From NCBI GenBank assembly GCA_050949565.1, contig JBMNFY010000017.1:1344001-1408000 (forward strand): a stretch of 64,000 nucleotides of DNA, written 5' to 3'. Position 1 is the stretch's first letter. Every line of letters begins with the position of its first letter. Below are positions 29,876 through 39,944 of this stretch, piece after piece. A model generated the notes under the pieces. That model searched no databases. It was not told where the DNA came from and saw only the letters and a list, made by a program, of their open reading frames with translations. Both the position numbers and the translations under genes were made by a program. The stretch is from Kiritimatiellia bacterium. Lineage in GTDB: Bacteria; Verrucomicrobiota; Kiritimatiellia; RFP12; UBA1067.

Positions 29876-29921
29876 GCCGGGATTTGAGAGGGGCGCTTTT
29901 CGGTAGTGTGGAAGCTGGTCA

Positions 29922-31805
29922 TCATGTCTCTCCGTTTTCCGTCTCTTCTTTGGTGTTTTCGGGCAGTCTTGCAGCATTCCAGAACACATTAAAAACAAGT
30001 CTCAAGATGAGCCACCACGTATAAACGCCATGCAGTGAGTTGCAGCTATTATATTCAAGCAATCCATGAGCAAGTTTATTTCGGAAGTTTGCTCCAATGG
30101 GATCGCAAAACAAAGCCTTGATCTCGAAGGTCAGATCGTCCCTAAAAACAGCCTTCATTTCAGGAAGGCCAACAAGCGTACTGAGTCCATTCTCGGTTTC
30201 GATACCACGGTCATCTAAAGTTGTTGTTTTTGCCCCCACATTTTTAAGGTGGTAGCGAACCATGTTCTCGACTTGGGGTACTAGAAGATGAAGAGCCGTA
30301 ACGTAGTCATAGTCATATCCAGAATAAAGTCCTTTAGCAAAGAAGACTTCGCGCCCCGGCGGAACAATTGGGGACTGTTTGACAATGCTGAGAAAATCGA
30401 TTTCGCGTATTCGATGTTCTAAGTGAAGGATTTCCAACGCCGGCAAAATATTTCCCTGAACTATCAAGGTGAGATAGAGGCCATGATTTCGCATGACCGT
30501 CGCTTGGACATTGGGGTGATTCCCGTCCAGAGTTTCGTCAAAGTTGATGCCATTTATTTTGGCGATCACGCGACCATCACGACTCATGTAGGTGCCACCG
30601 AACAATGATGATAACGGATGTTGCTTCAATTGCTTTATTGCCGAATCCTGCATTTCGGAGATACGCATACCTTGGGAAAGATTGACGAATGCCTTTAGTG
30701 CGTCAATTGGTGTCTTCCCAGAGACTTCAGATCTGGAAGCCTCCACTATCTGAGTGATATCTATTCCATCGGATGAGAAAACTTTTATTTCATCAAGGGC
30801 CAATTGACCAGCCTCATTCAGAAGTTGATGTAACTCCGCAATACGTTCATCCACCTTTAAGGCAAGACGATCTGCTTTGGGGATCGTCCTGAGAATCTGA
30901 ATGGCGTTTTCATAAAAACTTGCGGCAGCCATGTTACTTGAGTGTTCTGTGGCTGTACGAGCCTTCGCTTCTTTTACAAAAGCTTCAGCGTGGCAGATGG
31001 TCATTTTCGCCGACTTTGTTTTATCCCCTGCGGATGCATACCATTTTGAAGAGTTGTCGAAACAATCCCGTGCCCTATCTAAATCACCGCCAGCATCAAA
31101 AGTTCTCGCCAATGATTCCAGTTTTCCACCGATATCATACGCATTGCTTTTACCGAGACCGAATTTGGCCATAAGTTCGGCTAACCACAAGGCAAGGTAG
31201 CCGTCAGATTCCTTGCAGGAGTCAAATGCTTGCTGAATATCACGTTCCATCTCTTGAATACGGCTGCCTGCCCCAGTTCGAAGCATGGCGGCTAAACCAA
31301 GCGCCCGGCACCAACATTCGCGTCCATCAAGGATCCACGTTTTGGCATCAAGAGGTATCTGGCGGTATGCATCAATTGCGACAAGGGCATTGTTCAAATC
31401 TCGCTTCGACGCCTTTAGCCAAGCGAGATCGGCTAAACGGGCCTTCAATCGGACATTTGTTATTTCTGGCACGATGTCAGAAAAGAAAGAGATGGCCTCC
31501 GAAGAAAAGTCATCCACTACGGCAGAACGCCAGCCATGAAAAACGGCTAATGGCTTGAATGGCTCGCTCTTATCGTTAGACGACAGCCTCATTGAGCAGG
31601 CATCAGAAAGCAGTCCATAAATTTTGGCCTGTTTCAGATTGCCTTCATCACACGATTTACGAGCCGCATCTGAAAAAGCATTGTGGATAGAGTAGTAGTC
31701 ATCTCTGGTTGAGCTATCCAGAATCCTCTGGCAATCCTCTTTATCGAAATCACTTTTATCGACAACCGTATCCGCCAGATCCTTTTCGTCAGTCATAGTG
31801 GCCAT
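29922..31805 (-). CDS. DUF4209-like protein (C-terminal HEPN-like RNxxAHG), defence-island passenger
   Basis: PQVENMVR...NFRNKLAHGL; lower GC than the host genes; GGAGG RBS. Confidence 0.65.
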   Translation of the reverse strand: MATMTDEKDLADTVVDKSDFDKEDCQRILDSSTRDDYYSIHNAFSDAARKSCDEGNLKQAKIYGLLSDACSMRLSSNDKSEPFKPLAVFHGWRSAVVDDFSSEAISFFSDIVPEITNVRLKARLADLAWLKASKRDLNNALVAIDAYRQIPLDAKTWILDGRECWCRALGLAAMLRTGAGSRIQEMERDIQQAFDSCKESDGYLALWLAELMAKFGLGKSNAYDIGGKLESLARTFDAGGDLDRARDCFDNSSKWYASAGDKTKSAKMTICHAEAFVKEAKARTATEHSSNMAAASFYENAIQILRTIPKADRLALKVDERIAELHQLLNEAGQLALDEIKVFSSDGIDITQIVEASRSEVSGKTPIDALKAFVNLSQGMRISEMQDSAIKQLKQHPLSSLFGGTYMSRDGRVIAKINGINFDETLDGNHPNVQATVMRNHGLYLTLIVQGNILPALEILHLEHRIREIDFLSIVKQSPIVPPGREVFFAKGLYSGYDYDYVTALHLLVPQVENMVRYHLKNVGAKTTTLDDRGIETENGLSTLVGLPEMKAVFRDDLTFEIKALFCDPIGANFRNKLAHGLLEYNSCNSLHGVYTWWLILRLVFNVFWNAARLPENTKEETENGET

Positions 31806-31807
31806 GA

Positions 31808-33059
31808 TTACACCTCCTTGTGTTGGTTGATGATTTCGGGTTTGATTCGCCATTCGCCGGTGAGCAGTTTCTGCATCAGCCCGCGTTTCTGGGTTTTGAA
31901 CTTGTCTGCAAGCTGTTTCAGAAGGTCAATTTCGTCCATAGCAATATTTAGCAAAAATTGGATTTTTTCTTGTTCTTCGCGGCTTGGCAGCCAGAATGTG
32001 ATTCCAAAGAAATCAGATTTCGTGATGTTCAGGTCCATGACTTCTCGCGCCTTCTTGACAGACTGCGCGCAATTCACGGTTGACCGCCCCAGATTCAAAC
32101 AGGTGAAGAAGAAAATCGGATTCGCATGGAGAACTCGGTTTTAATGCGAAACAGAGGTACAATGTCGATAAAACGCCTTTGTCATATCTATCCAAACGCT
32201 TTGTCGCGCCATAGGGATACCCCTTGGCGGCACTTCGGTTGTAGGCGAACTCTCCTTTTTTCAGAAGGTAGTAACCGGTCACATTATCAGCCGACACACT
32301 TTTATTGTAAAATTCAAGCTGGTTGATTAATCCGGTTTCGGCTGATGAAGTCAGTACGTTCGTATTATTTTCGCTGTTCTTGCGAGTTACCGGACTGCAT
32401 ATCTCCCCCAACCGCACCTTTTTCCACGCTGTGCCTTTCCGTGTGTTCTGTGTATTCTGTGGTTCTGAAATTAGCTTCCGTAACAGCCATTGGAACCTTT
32501 TCTCCTTCGCCTGAATCAGCCGTTCGGTTTTCTCGATGGCCTCGTCCCAAGTGGACAACAGGTCAGCAATGGCCTTTTGTTCGGGAAGCGAGGGAAGCGT
32601 GATAGGCATTTTTGATATTATTTCGGTATTCAGATTCAGCATTGTCTGACCGAGAGCGTTTCTCTCAAGCCATTTACCAACAGAATCCAATTGCAAATAC
32701 TGATGTAAATAACCTGGGAAGACATCGTTTTTCACCCTGGCTCTAAGACAGCCACTGCCGCATATCCAGCCATTGTTTTCATCACGAGCAACACCAATCC
32801 GCCGTAAATCCCCCCTCCTTGGAAAGATTATATCGCCGGAAATTATTTTATGTTTTTTTAGCTTCCGTGCTTTGGTTTCAGAAATTCTAGCGACAGTTTC
32901 GCTTGAAAGAAATCCTCCAAGAATATCTTTCGGCATAACGACAGGAATACCGACATCCACATATTCCTCGGCTTTCAGTTGGCTCCCAAATGGACCTGTT
33001 TGAATTCCTTTGGGGATAGCAATATCCTCAAGAAGAATTTGATTGTATGGTCTGCTCAT
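31808..33059 (-). pseudogene. hsdS: Type I specificity subunit, frameshifted near 32031-32036
   Basis: TGPFGSQL, TRD1 and P..EQKAIA..L..D conserved region; TRD2 breaks after GARSHG and resumes in another frame as LNITKSDF..LPSREEQEKI..KRGLMQKLLTG. Confidence 0.85.
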
Positions 33060-33114
33060 CGCTGAACCTCCCCGGGTTCGCCGACCCTTTCGTTGGCATC
33101 GACAAACATGCATT

Positions 33115-33198
33115 CAACCACTGAATACACTGAACACACTGAAGGCTCCTTTGCGGATCGGCTTTCCGTGTATTCCGTGTGTTCCGTGGTTCCTTTCA
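33115..33198. repeat. Family-B hairpin repeat, single copy (loop GGCTCCTTTGCGGATCGGC)
   Basis: Same subtype as the 4 copies at 34525-34850. Confidence 0.85.
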
Positions 33199-33218
33199 TG
33201 ATGTCGGCTCCACTGGGT

Positions 33219-34379
33219 CTATTTCTTAGAGTCGTCATTTCGCTTTGTTTCCGTGGCCGATTCGACCTGGATGGATTCATCGGTTTTCGATTCACGAGGC
33301 AGATTGACAAACAGCTCCACCAGAGGTGTGTTGATGTAGTAGTTTGTACGACCGTGGCGGTGCTTCTCAAGAAATCCGGCATCCACAAGTTTTTCCAGGT
33401 AGCGCGTGGCGGTCAGGCGAGAGACGTCTAGATCCCGTTGCAGGAAGCTGATCTTGGTGTAGGGGTGGCGGAAGAGGTTGTTGAGCAGATCCTGGCTGTA
33501 GAAACTGGGGAACTGTTCGCGGATGCGGTGCTTGTAGTCCAGCATGATGTCGCGGATGCGGGTGATGAGCTGGATTGTTTGCCGCGAGGTTGTCGCGATG
33601 CCTTCGAGCATGAACAACACCCATTGTTCCCAGGCCTGTTTGGTGCGAACCTCCTGAAGTAACCGATAGTAGTCGCCTTTGTTCTGAATGATGTACCGGC
33701 TCAGATAGAGTACCGGCAGGTTGAGCAGGCCGTTTGCCACGAGATACAGGATGTTGATGATGCGGCCTGTGCGCCCATTGCCGTCGTAGAACGGGTGGAT
33801 GCTCTCAAACTGGTAATGGATGATCGCCATCTTGACGAGTGGGTCTACGTCAAGGCGTCCCGGATCGTTGATAAATAATTCGAGATCGCTCATCAGCTCG
33901 GCGATTTGCGCAGGATGCTGGGGGGGCGTATAGACCACTTCGCCTGTCGCTTTGTTTCGCAGCGCCGTTCCCGGCAGTTTGCGGAACCCAGCGGTGTTTT
34001 GCTCAAGCTCGCGCTGGATGTCGAGTATCTGATTGAGCGTGATCAAGCCTGTTTTCCGTACGGAAACAAATCCCACCCGGAGTGCGTTGACATAACGCGA
34101 GACCTCTTTTGCCGCAGGGCTGGCGGACTCGTCGGCCAATTCTGCCTTGAACAGATCGTCATGCGTGGTGACAATGTTCTCGATTTCCGAACTGTCTTTC
34201 GCTTCCTGAAGCGCAAGGGTTTGGATCAGGATGTTTTCGTTGGGGATCGTGGCCGCAACGCCCTTAAGTTCAGCAAGATGCCGATTCGCTTCGACCAGCT
34301 TTTTCAGTATGGCCTTGGTTTCGAAGTCGACGGAAGGGGGCAGCAGGGGAAGATTGAAACCATCCACATCCTGTGTCAT
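33219..34379 (-). CDS. Fic/DOC family protein with C-terminal HTH
   Basis: HPFYDGNGRTGR Fic motif; EAKDSSEIENI inhibitory motif; winged-HTH tail. Confidence 0.92.
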   Translation of the reverse strand: MTQDVDGFNLPLLPPSVDFETKAILKKLVEANRHLAELKGVAATIPNENILIQTLALQEAKDSSEIENIVTTHDDLFKAELADESASPAAKEVSRYVNALRVGFVSVRKTGLITLNQILDIQRELEQNTAGFRKLPGTALRNKATGEVVYTPPQHPAQIAELMSDLELFINDPGRLDVDPLVKMAIIHYQFESIHPFYDGNGRTGRIINILYLVANGLLNLPVLYLSRYIIQNKGDYYRLLQEVRTKQAWEQWVLFMLEGIATTSRQTIQLITRIRDIMLDYKHRIREQFPSFYSQDLLNNLFRHPYTKISFLQRDLDVSRLTATRYLEKLVDAGFLEKHRHGRTNYYINTPLVELFVNLPRESKTDESIQVESATETKRNDDSKK

Positions 34380-34407
34380 ATCGAACCTCCTGTTCTTCTT
34401 TTTTGGA

Positions 34408-34503
34408 AAAGTATACACGTCATCCTTGAAGTGTTCAAGAAACAGCAGAAAGTATACACGTCATCCTCGATGTGTTCAAAAAACGGCAAAAAGTATACAC
34501 GTC
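34408..34503. repeat. 41-bp-period direct repeat with core AAAGTATACACGTC (3 copies) upstream of fic
   Basis: GTATAC at 34411, 34452 and 34493. Confidence 0.8.
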
Positions 34504-34524
34504 GCAAGCGACCTGTGTACGTTC

Positions 34525-34850
34525 AACCACTGAATACACTGAAGGCTCCTTTGCGGACCGGCTTTCCGTGTATTCCGTGTGTTCTGTGGTTCCTTTCTCC
34601 AACCACTGAATACACTGGACACACTGAAGGCTCCTTTGCGGACCGGCTTTCCGTGTATTCCGTGTGTTCCGTGGTTCCTTTCTCCACCACTGAATACACT
34701 GGACACACTGAAGGCTCCTTTGCGGACCGGCTTCCCGTGTATTCCGTGTGTTCCGTGGTTCCTTCTCCAACCACTGAATACACTGAACACACCGAAGGTT
34801 CCTTTGCGGACCGGCTTTCCGTGTATTCCGTGTGTTCCGTGGTTCCTTTC
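34525..34850. repeat. Family-B hairpin repeat, 4 tandem copies (about 76-85 bp)
   Basis: Copies start at about 34525, 34601, 34686 and 34769; loop GGCTCCTTTGCGGACCGGC. Confidence 0.9.
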
Positions 34851-36444
34851 ACTTTCCAACTCCCAGCTCCTCCAGCTTTTCCGCCATCTTCGCCCGTACC
34901 GCGACCAACTCTTTTTCCAGCGCGTCGATTTCGGCCTGCACGGCGTCGATATCGATTTCCTCCTCCTCTTCAAAGGTGTCCACATAGCGGGGGATGTTGA
35001 GGTTGAAGTCGTTTTCCTTGATCTCGGCGAACTCGGCCAAATGGGCGTATTTTTCTTCTTCGGCCCTGGCGGTGTAAGTCGCCATAATCTTGTCAATGTG
35101 CGCTTCGGAGAGAGTGTTTTGATTCTTGCCCGAGACAAACTCACGGCTGGCATCGATGAAAAGGACGTTCTTGCACTCCTCACGGGTGCCGCCCTTTTCT
35201 CGGGAGCGGTCAAAGACCAGAATCGCCACCGGAATATTGGTGGTCGGGAACAGGTTGCCCGGCAGGCCGATCACGGCATCCAGCAGATTTTCCTCGATCA
35301 TTTTCCGGCGGATACGGCCTTCGGCCGCGCCACGGAACAGCACGCCATGGGGAACCACCACGGCGACGCGGCCCTGCTTTTCAAGGGCGGTTTCCACCAT
35401 GTGGCTGATAAAGGCCCAGTCGCCCTTGCTCTTCGGCGGGATCCCGCGCCAAAAGCGATTGTACGGATCGCTCTCCGCGTTTTCGGCGCCCCATTTATCC
35501 AGAAAGAAGGGCGGATTGGCCACCACGCAGTTGAACTTCATCAGCCGGTCTTTTTCCACCAAGAGCGGACTGTTCAGGGTGTCGCACCACTCGATGCGGG
35601 CGCTGTCAAAGCTGTGCAGGAACATGTTCATACGGCAGAGCGCCCAGGTGCTGCCGTTGGACTCCTGCCCGAAAAGGGCGAAGTTGCGCTTCCCTTGGGC
35701 GTCGTCCGCATTGCGCGCGACTTCGCGGGCGGCCTGAATCAAGAGCCCGCCCGATCCACACGCCGGATCGCAGATACGATCGCCGGGCCTGGGGGCAGCG
35801 AGCCTTGCCACCAACTCGCTCACCTTCGGAGGCGTGAAGAACTCCCCGGCCTTTTTACCCGAATCCGAGGCAAAGCGCTCAATCAGATAGATGTAGGTGT
35901 TGCCGATCACGTCATCATCAACCCGGCTGGGGCGCATATTAAGCTGCGGCTTGTGAAAATCCTCCAGCAATTGTTTGAGGCGGCGGTTGCGATCCTTGGT
36001 TTTTCCGAGATTGGCTTCACTGTTGAAGTCGATATTGCGGAAGACCCCTTCGAGCTTGCTCTTGTTGCTCGTCTCAATGTGGTCGAGTACGATGTTGATC
36101 AACTCGCCGATGTTGGCAGCGGCACGGCGTTCGTAAAGGCTGTAGTAGGTGGCGGGAAACTCATCCAACACCGTCTCGACACCTGTTTCTTCGTCCTTTT
36201 CGGTAAGCTTCACCACGGGGAGGACAAACCGTTCGCGGCTGAGCTTGCGGCGGATACGGACGTCGTCATCGCCATGCAACTCCTGATATTCCTCGTAATG
36301 GTCTTGCCAGACGTCAGAGATGTATTTCAAAAACAACATCACGAGGATGTAGTCTTTGTACTGCGCTGGATTAACGACTCCTCGAAAGGTGTCACACGCC
36401 GCCCATGCTGCGTTGTTGATGTCTTTTTGATCGATTTTACTCAT
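34849..36444 (-). CDS. hsdM: Type I methyltransferase M subunit
   Basis: GEFFTP, DPACGSGG, NPPF (m6A) and PHGVLFRG motifs. Confidence 0.97.
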   Translation of the reverse strand: MSKIDQKDINNAAWAACDTFRGVVNPAQYKDYILVMLFLKYISDVWQDHYEEYQELHGDDDVRIRRKLSRERFVLPVVKLTEKDEETGVETVLDEFPATYYSLYERRAAANIGELINIVLDHIETSNKSKLEGVFRNIDFNSEANLGKTKDRNRRLKQLLEDFHKPQLNMRPSRVDDDVIGNTYIYLIERFASDSGKKAGEFFTPPKVSELVARLAAPRPGDRICDPACGSGGLLIQAAREVARNADDAQGKRNFALFGQESNGSTWALCRMNMFLHSFDSARIEWCDTLNSPLLVEKDRLMKFNCVVANPPFFLDKWGAENAESDPYNRFWRGIPPKSKGDWAFISHMVETALEKQGRVAVVVPHGVLFRGAAEGRIRRKMIEENLLDAVIGLPGNLFPTTNIPVAILVFDRSREKGGTREECKNVLFIDASREFVSGKNQNTLSEAHIDKIMATYTARAEEEKYAHLAEFAEIKENDFNLNIPRYVDTFEEEEEIDIDAVQAEIDALEKELVAVRAKMAEKLEELGVGK

Positions 36445-36461
36445 GACATACTCCCGTTTTT

Positions 36462-38778
36462 AACCACGGAATACACGGAATACACGGAAAGGAACAGGCT
36501 TCTGTGTATTCAGTGTGTTCTGTGGTTCCATCCTTAAACCCAAAGTCTCTCCGCGTGGTCTGCGGGTTTGTTTCTAACCACGGAATACACGGAACACACT
36601 GAAAGGAACAGGCTTCTGTGTATTCAGTGTGTTCTGTGGTTCCATCCCTAAACCAAAAGTCTCTCCGCGTGGTCTGCGGGTTTGTTTCTAACCACGGAAT
36701 ACACGGAACACACAGAAAAGGACAGCTTCCGTGTATTCAGTGTGTTCTGTGGTTCCACCTTAAACCCAAAGCCTTTCCGCGCGGTCTGCGGGTTTGTTTC
36801 TAACCACGGAATACACGGAACACACTGAAAGGAACAGGCTTCCGTGTATTCAGTGTGTTCTGTGGTTCCACCCCTAAACCCAAAGCCTTTCCGCGCGGTC
36901 TGCGGGTTTGTTTCTAACCACGGAATACACGGAACACACTGAAAGGAACAGGCTTCCGTGTATTCAGTGTGTTCTGTGGTTCCACCCCTAAACCAAAAGC
37001 CTTTCCGCGTGGTCTGCGGGTTTGTCTCTAACCACGGCGCGGTCTGCGGGTTTGTTTCTAACCACGGAATACACGGAACACACTGAAAGGACAGGCTTCC
37101 GTGTATTCAGTGTGTTCTGTGGTTCCACCCCTAAACCCAAAGCCTTTCCGCGCGGTCTGCGGGTTTGTTTCTAACCACGGAATACACGGAACACACTGAA
37201 AGGAACAGGCTTCTGTGTATTCAGTGTGTTCTGTGGTTCCATCCCTAAACCAAAAGCCTTTCCGCGTGGCCTGCGGGTTTGTTTCTAACCACGGAATACA
37301 CGGAACACACTGAAAGGAACAGGCTTCAGTGTATTCAGTGTGTTCTGTGGTTCCATCCCTAAACCCAAAGCCTTTCCGCGTGGTCTGCGGGTTTGTTTCT
37401 AACCACGGAATACACGGAACACACTGAAAGGAACAGGCTTCGTGTATTCAGTGTGTTCTGTGGTTCCACCCCTAAACCCAAAGCCTTTCCGCGCGGTCTG
37501 CGGGTTTGTTTCTAACCACGGAATACACGGAACACACTGAAAGGAACAGGCTTCCGTGTATTCAGTGTGTTCTGTGGTTCCACCCCTAAACCCAAAGCCT
37601 TTCCGCGCGGTCTGCGGGTTTGTTTCTAACCACGGAATACACGGAAACACACTGAAAGGAACAGGCTTCCGTGTATTCAGTGTGTTCTGTGGTTCCACCC
37701 TAAACCCAAAGCCTTTCCGCGCGGTCTGCGGGTTTGTTTCTAACCACGGAATACACGGAACACACTGAAAGGAACAGGCTTCCGTGTATTCAGTGTGTTC
37801 TGTGGTTCCACCCCTAAACCCAAAGCCTTTCCGCGCGGTCTGCGGGTTTGTTTCTAACCACGGAATACACGGAACACACTGAAAGGAACAGGCTTCAGTG
37901 TGTTCAGTGTGTTCTGTGGTTCCACCCCTAAACCCAAAGCCTTTCCGCGCGGTCTGCGGGTTTGTTTCTAACCACGGAATACACGGAACACACTGAAAGG
38001 AACAGGCTTCAGTGTGTTCAGTGTGTTCTGTGGTTCCACCCCTAAACCCAAAGCCTTTCCGCGCGGTCTGCGGGTTTGTTTCTAACCACGGAATACACGG
38101 AACACACTGAAAAGGAAACTTCCGTGTATTCAGTGTGTTCTGTGGTTCCACCCCTAAACCCAAAGCCTTTCCGCGCGGTCTGCGGGTTTGTTTCTAACCA
38201 CGGAATACACGGAACACACTGAAGGACACGTGTTTCGTGGTGGGGAACAGGCTTCCGTGTATTCAGTGTGTTCTGTGGTTCCACCCCTAAACCCAAAGCC
38301 TTTCCGCGCGGTCTGCGGGTTTGTTTCTAACCACGGAATACACGGAACACACTGAAAGGAACAGGCTTCAGTGTGTTCAGTGTGTTCTGTGGTTCCACCC
38401 CTAAACCCAAAGCCTTTCCGCGCGGTCTGCGGGTTTGTTTCTAACCACGGAATACACGGAACACACTGAAAAGGGGAAACTTCCGTGTATTCAGTGTGTT
38501 CTGTGGTTCCACCCCTAAACCCAAAGCCTTTCCGCGCGGTCTGCGGGTTTGTTTCTAACCACGGAATACACGGAACACACTGAAAAGGGGAAACTTCCGT
38601 GTATTCAGTGTGTTCTGTGGTTCCACCCCTAAACCCAAAGCCTTTCCGCGCGGTCTGCGGGTTTGTTTCTAACCACGGAATACACGGAACACACTGAAAA
38701 GGGGAAACTTCCGTGTATTCAGTGTGTTCTGTGGTTCCAACCTTAAACCAAAAGCCTTTCCGTGTTTTCTGTGGTTTC
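36462..38778. repeat. Tandem array: 20 full 114-bp units plus one 30-bp truncated unit, each full unit carrying the family-B hairpin
   Basis: Units start at 36462, 36576, 36690, 36802, 36916, (37030 partial), 37060, 37173, 37287, 37401, 37514, 37628, 37742, 37856, 37970, 38084, 38196, 38329, 38443, 38557 and 38671. Confidence 0.97.
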
Positions 38779-39181
38779 ATTTGGCAATTCTCTCGATTGT
38801 TGCCATCGGGTAATGGCCGAAGTTCACCAAAAGTCCAAGTTGAAGCCTGCCCGCTTTCAAGTAGTTATGCACCTGCGCACGATGCTCGTCGCAAATTTCT
38901 TTGACCGCCTTGATCTCGACAATGATCTTCCCATAGCAGATAAAGTCCGGCCTATAGGACTGCTGAAGTCTTTCCTGTTTGTAGAACAACTCCAATTCAG
39001 GTTGAGACACAAACGGAATATGCTGTCTATGGAGTTCTTTCTCCAAGCATTCCTGATAGACCGCCTCTAGAAAGCCACACCCCATTTCACGGTACACCTC
39101 AAAAACTGCGCCTCGCAGCAGATAGCTCTCTTCCTCAAACAAAAAATTCTTCCGTGTATTCAGTGTATTCTGTGGTTCCAT
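38777..39181 (-). CDS. GxxExxY protein (PD-(D/E)XK nuclease fold)
   Basis: GCGFLEAVYQECL (GxxExxY), YRPDF..IIVEIKAV, HRAQVHNYLK and GLLVNFG motifs. Confidence 0.92.
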   Translation of the reverse strand: MEPQNTLNTRKNFLFEEESYLLRGAVFEVYREMGCGFLEAVYQECLEKELHRQHIPFVSQPELELFYKQERLQQSYRPDFICYGKIIVEIKAVKEICDEHRAQVHNYLKAGRLQLGLLVNFGHYPMATIERIAK

Positions 39182-39765
39182 AACCCTTCCCTCCCAGTGG
39201 TCGCATCCTGCATGAGTACCGCCGACACATATCGCGCGCGTTTGTCCGCCAGCGCGTGAAGCAGCTCTTGCTCACGAGCCGAAAGCGCGGCCAGTTCGAC
39301 GATACTTTTCTGCTTTTCCACACTCGGCAGCGCCACCTCCAGCTCCTCGACCGTTCGCTTGCTGATCATTTTCTGGGCCGACCCTTTGGCCCGGCTGTTC
39401 AAGAAGATCTGCGCTTCCCGCTGGCTGATGTACCAGTTCAGATACTCCGGCAAAATCACATCCGGCCTTTTCACCCTTATCCTCAGCAAAGGGGCGGCAA
39501 CAACAGCCTTGCCCGGATCATCCAGAAGCACCGCAGATGTGGCCATCTGGCCGCGTGACCTAAAAACCAGATCACCTTTTTTTACAAAATGATGCTCCTT
39601 CTCTTCCATATCGACCCTCATCAAGTCGTCACAACTCACCGTGTTGCTGTCGAGGAGATCCTTCATCTGGATAACCGCAAGGTTGCCGTCCTCAACCGCC
39701 TCAAGACGGGATCGGAACGAGTATCCCGTCTGCACGGTTGCTAACTCTTTAACTCTCTTTTTCAT
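39160..39765 (-). CDS. Small single-TRD type I specificity (HsdS-like) subunit
   Basis: GDLVFRSRG, PEYLNWYI, GSAQKMIS and LPSVEKQKSIV motifs. Confidence 0.8.
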   Translation of the reverse strand: MKKRVKELATVQTGYSFRSRLEAVEDGNLAVIQMKDLLDSNTVSCDDLMRVDMEEKEHHFVKKGDLVFRSRGQMATSAVLLDDPGKAVVAAPLLRIRVKRPDVILPEYLNWYISQREAQIFLNSRAKGSAQKMISKRTVEELEVALPSVEKQKSIVELAALSAREQELLHALADKRARYVSAVLMQDATTGREGLWNHRIH

Positions 39766-39944
39766 CCGCCAATCACCCAGAATACAGTATCGCCGTTTCA
39801 GCAAACCATATAAAATCCCAGAGGCGTCCGTCAAACGCGTTTTGCAAAAACATCGTTACTGTGTTTTTTGCTTTGGGGGATAGGGCTCATTTTGGTATAA
39901 AACGCTCTGTGTATCTGGTACAGTTATGCGTGAAAGGAAATAAG

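Noticed and set aside
34579-36537. 652-aa plus-strand ORF and other long antisense ORFs (e.g. 6677-8068, 57646-58878)
   Set aside because: Shadow frames of well-supported genes in GC-rich DNA.
36462-38778. CRISPR array
   Set aside because: Units are near-identical over all 114 bp, there are no unique 30-40 bp spacers, and no cas genes are in the window.
37399-38780. Repeat-protein ORFs (TTEHTEYTE..., 38-aa period), also 29546-29998, 33056-33388 and 34435-35213
   Set aside because: Open frames arise because 114 and 9 are multiples of 3; single-base indels switch frame freely between units and no RBS is evident.
29580-39181. Classical integron
   Set aside because: No tyrosine integrase (IntI), and the hairpins are built from 9-mer periodic arms rather than the R/L-box layout of attC sites; kept only as an analogy.
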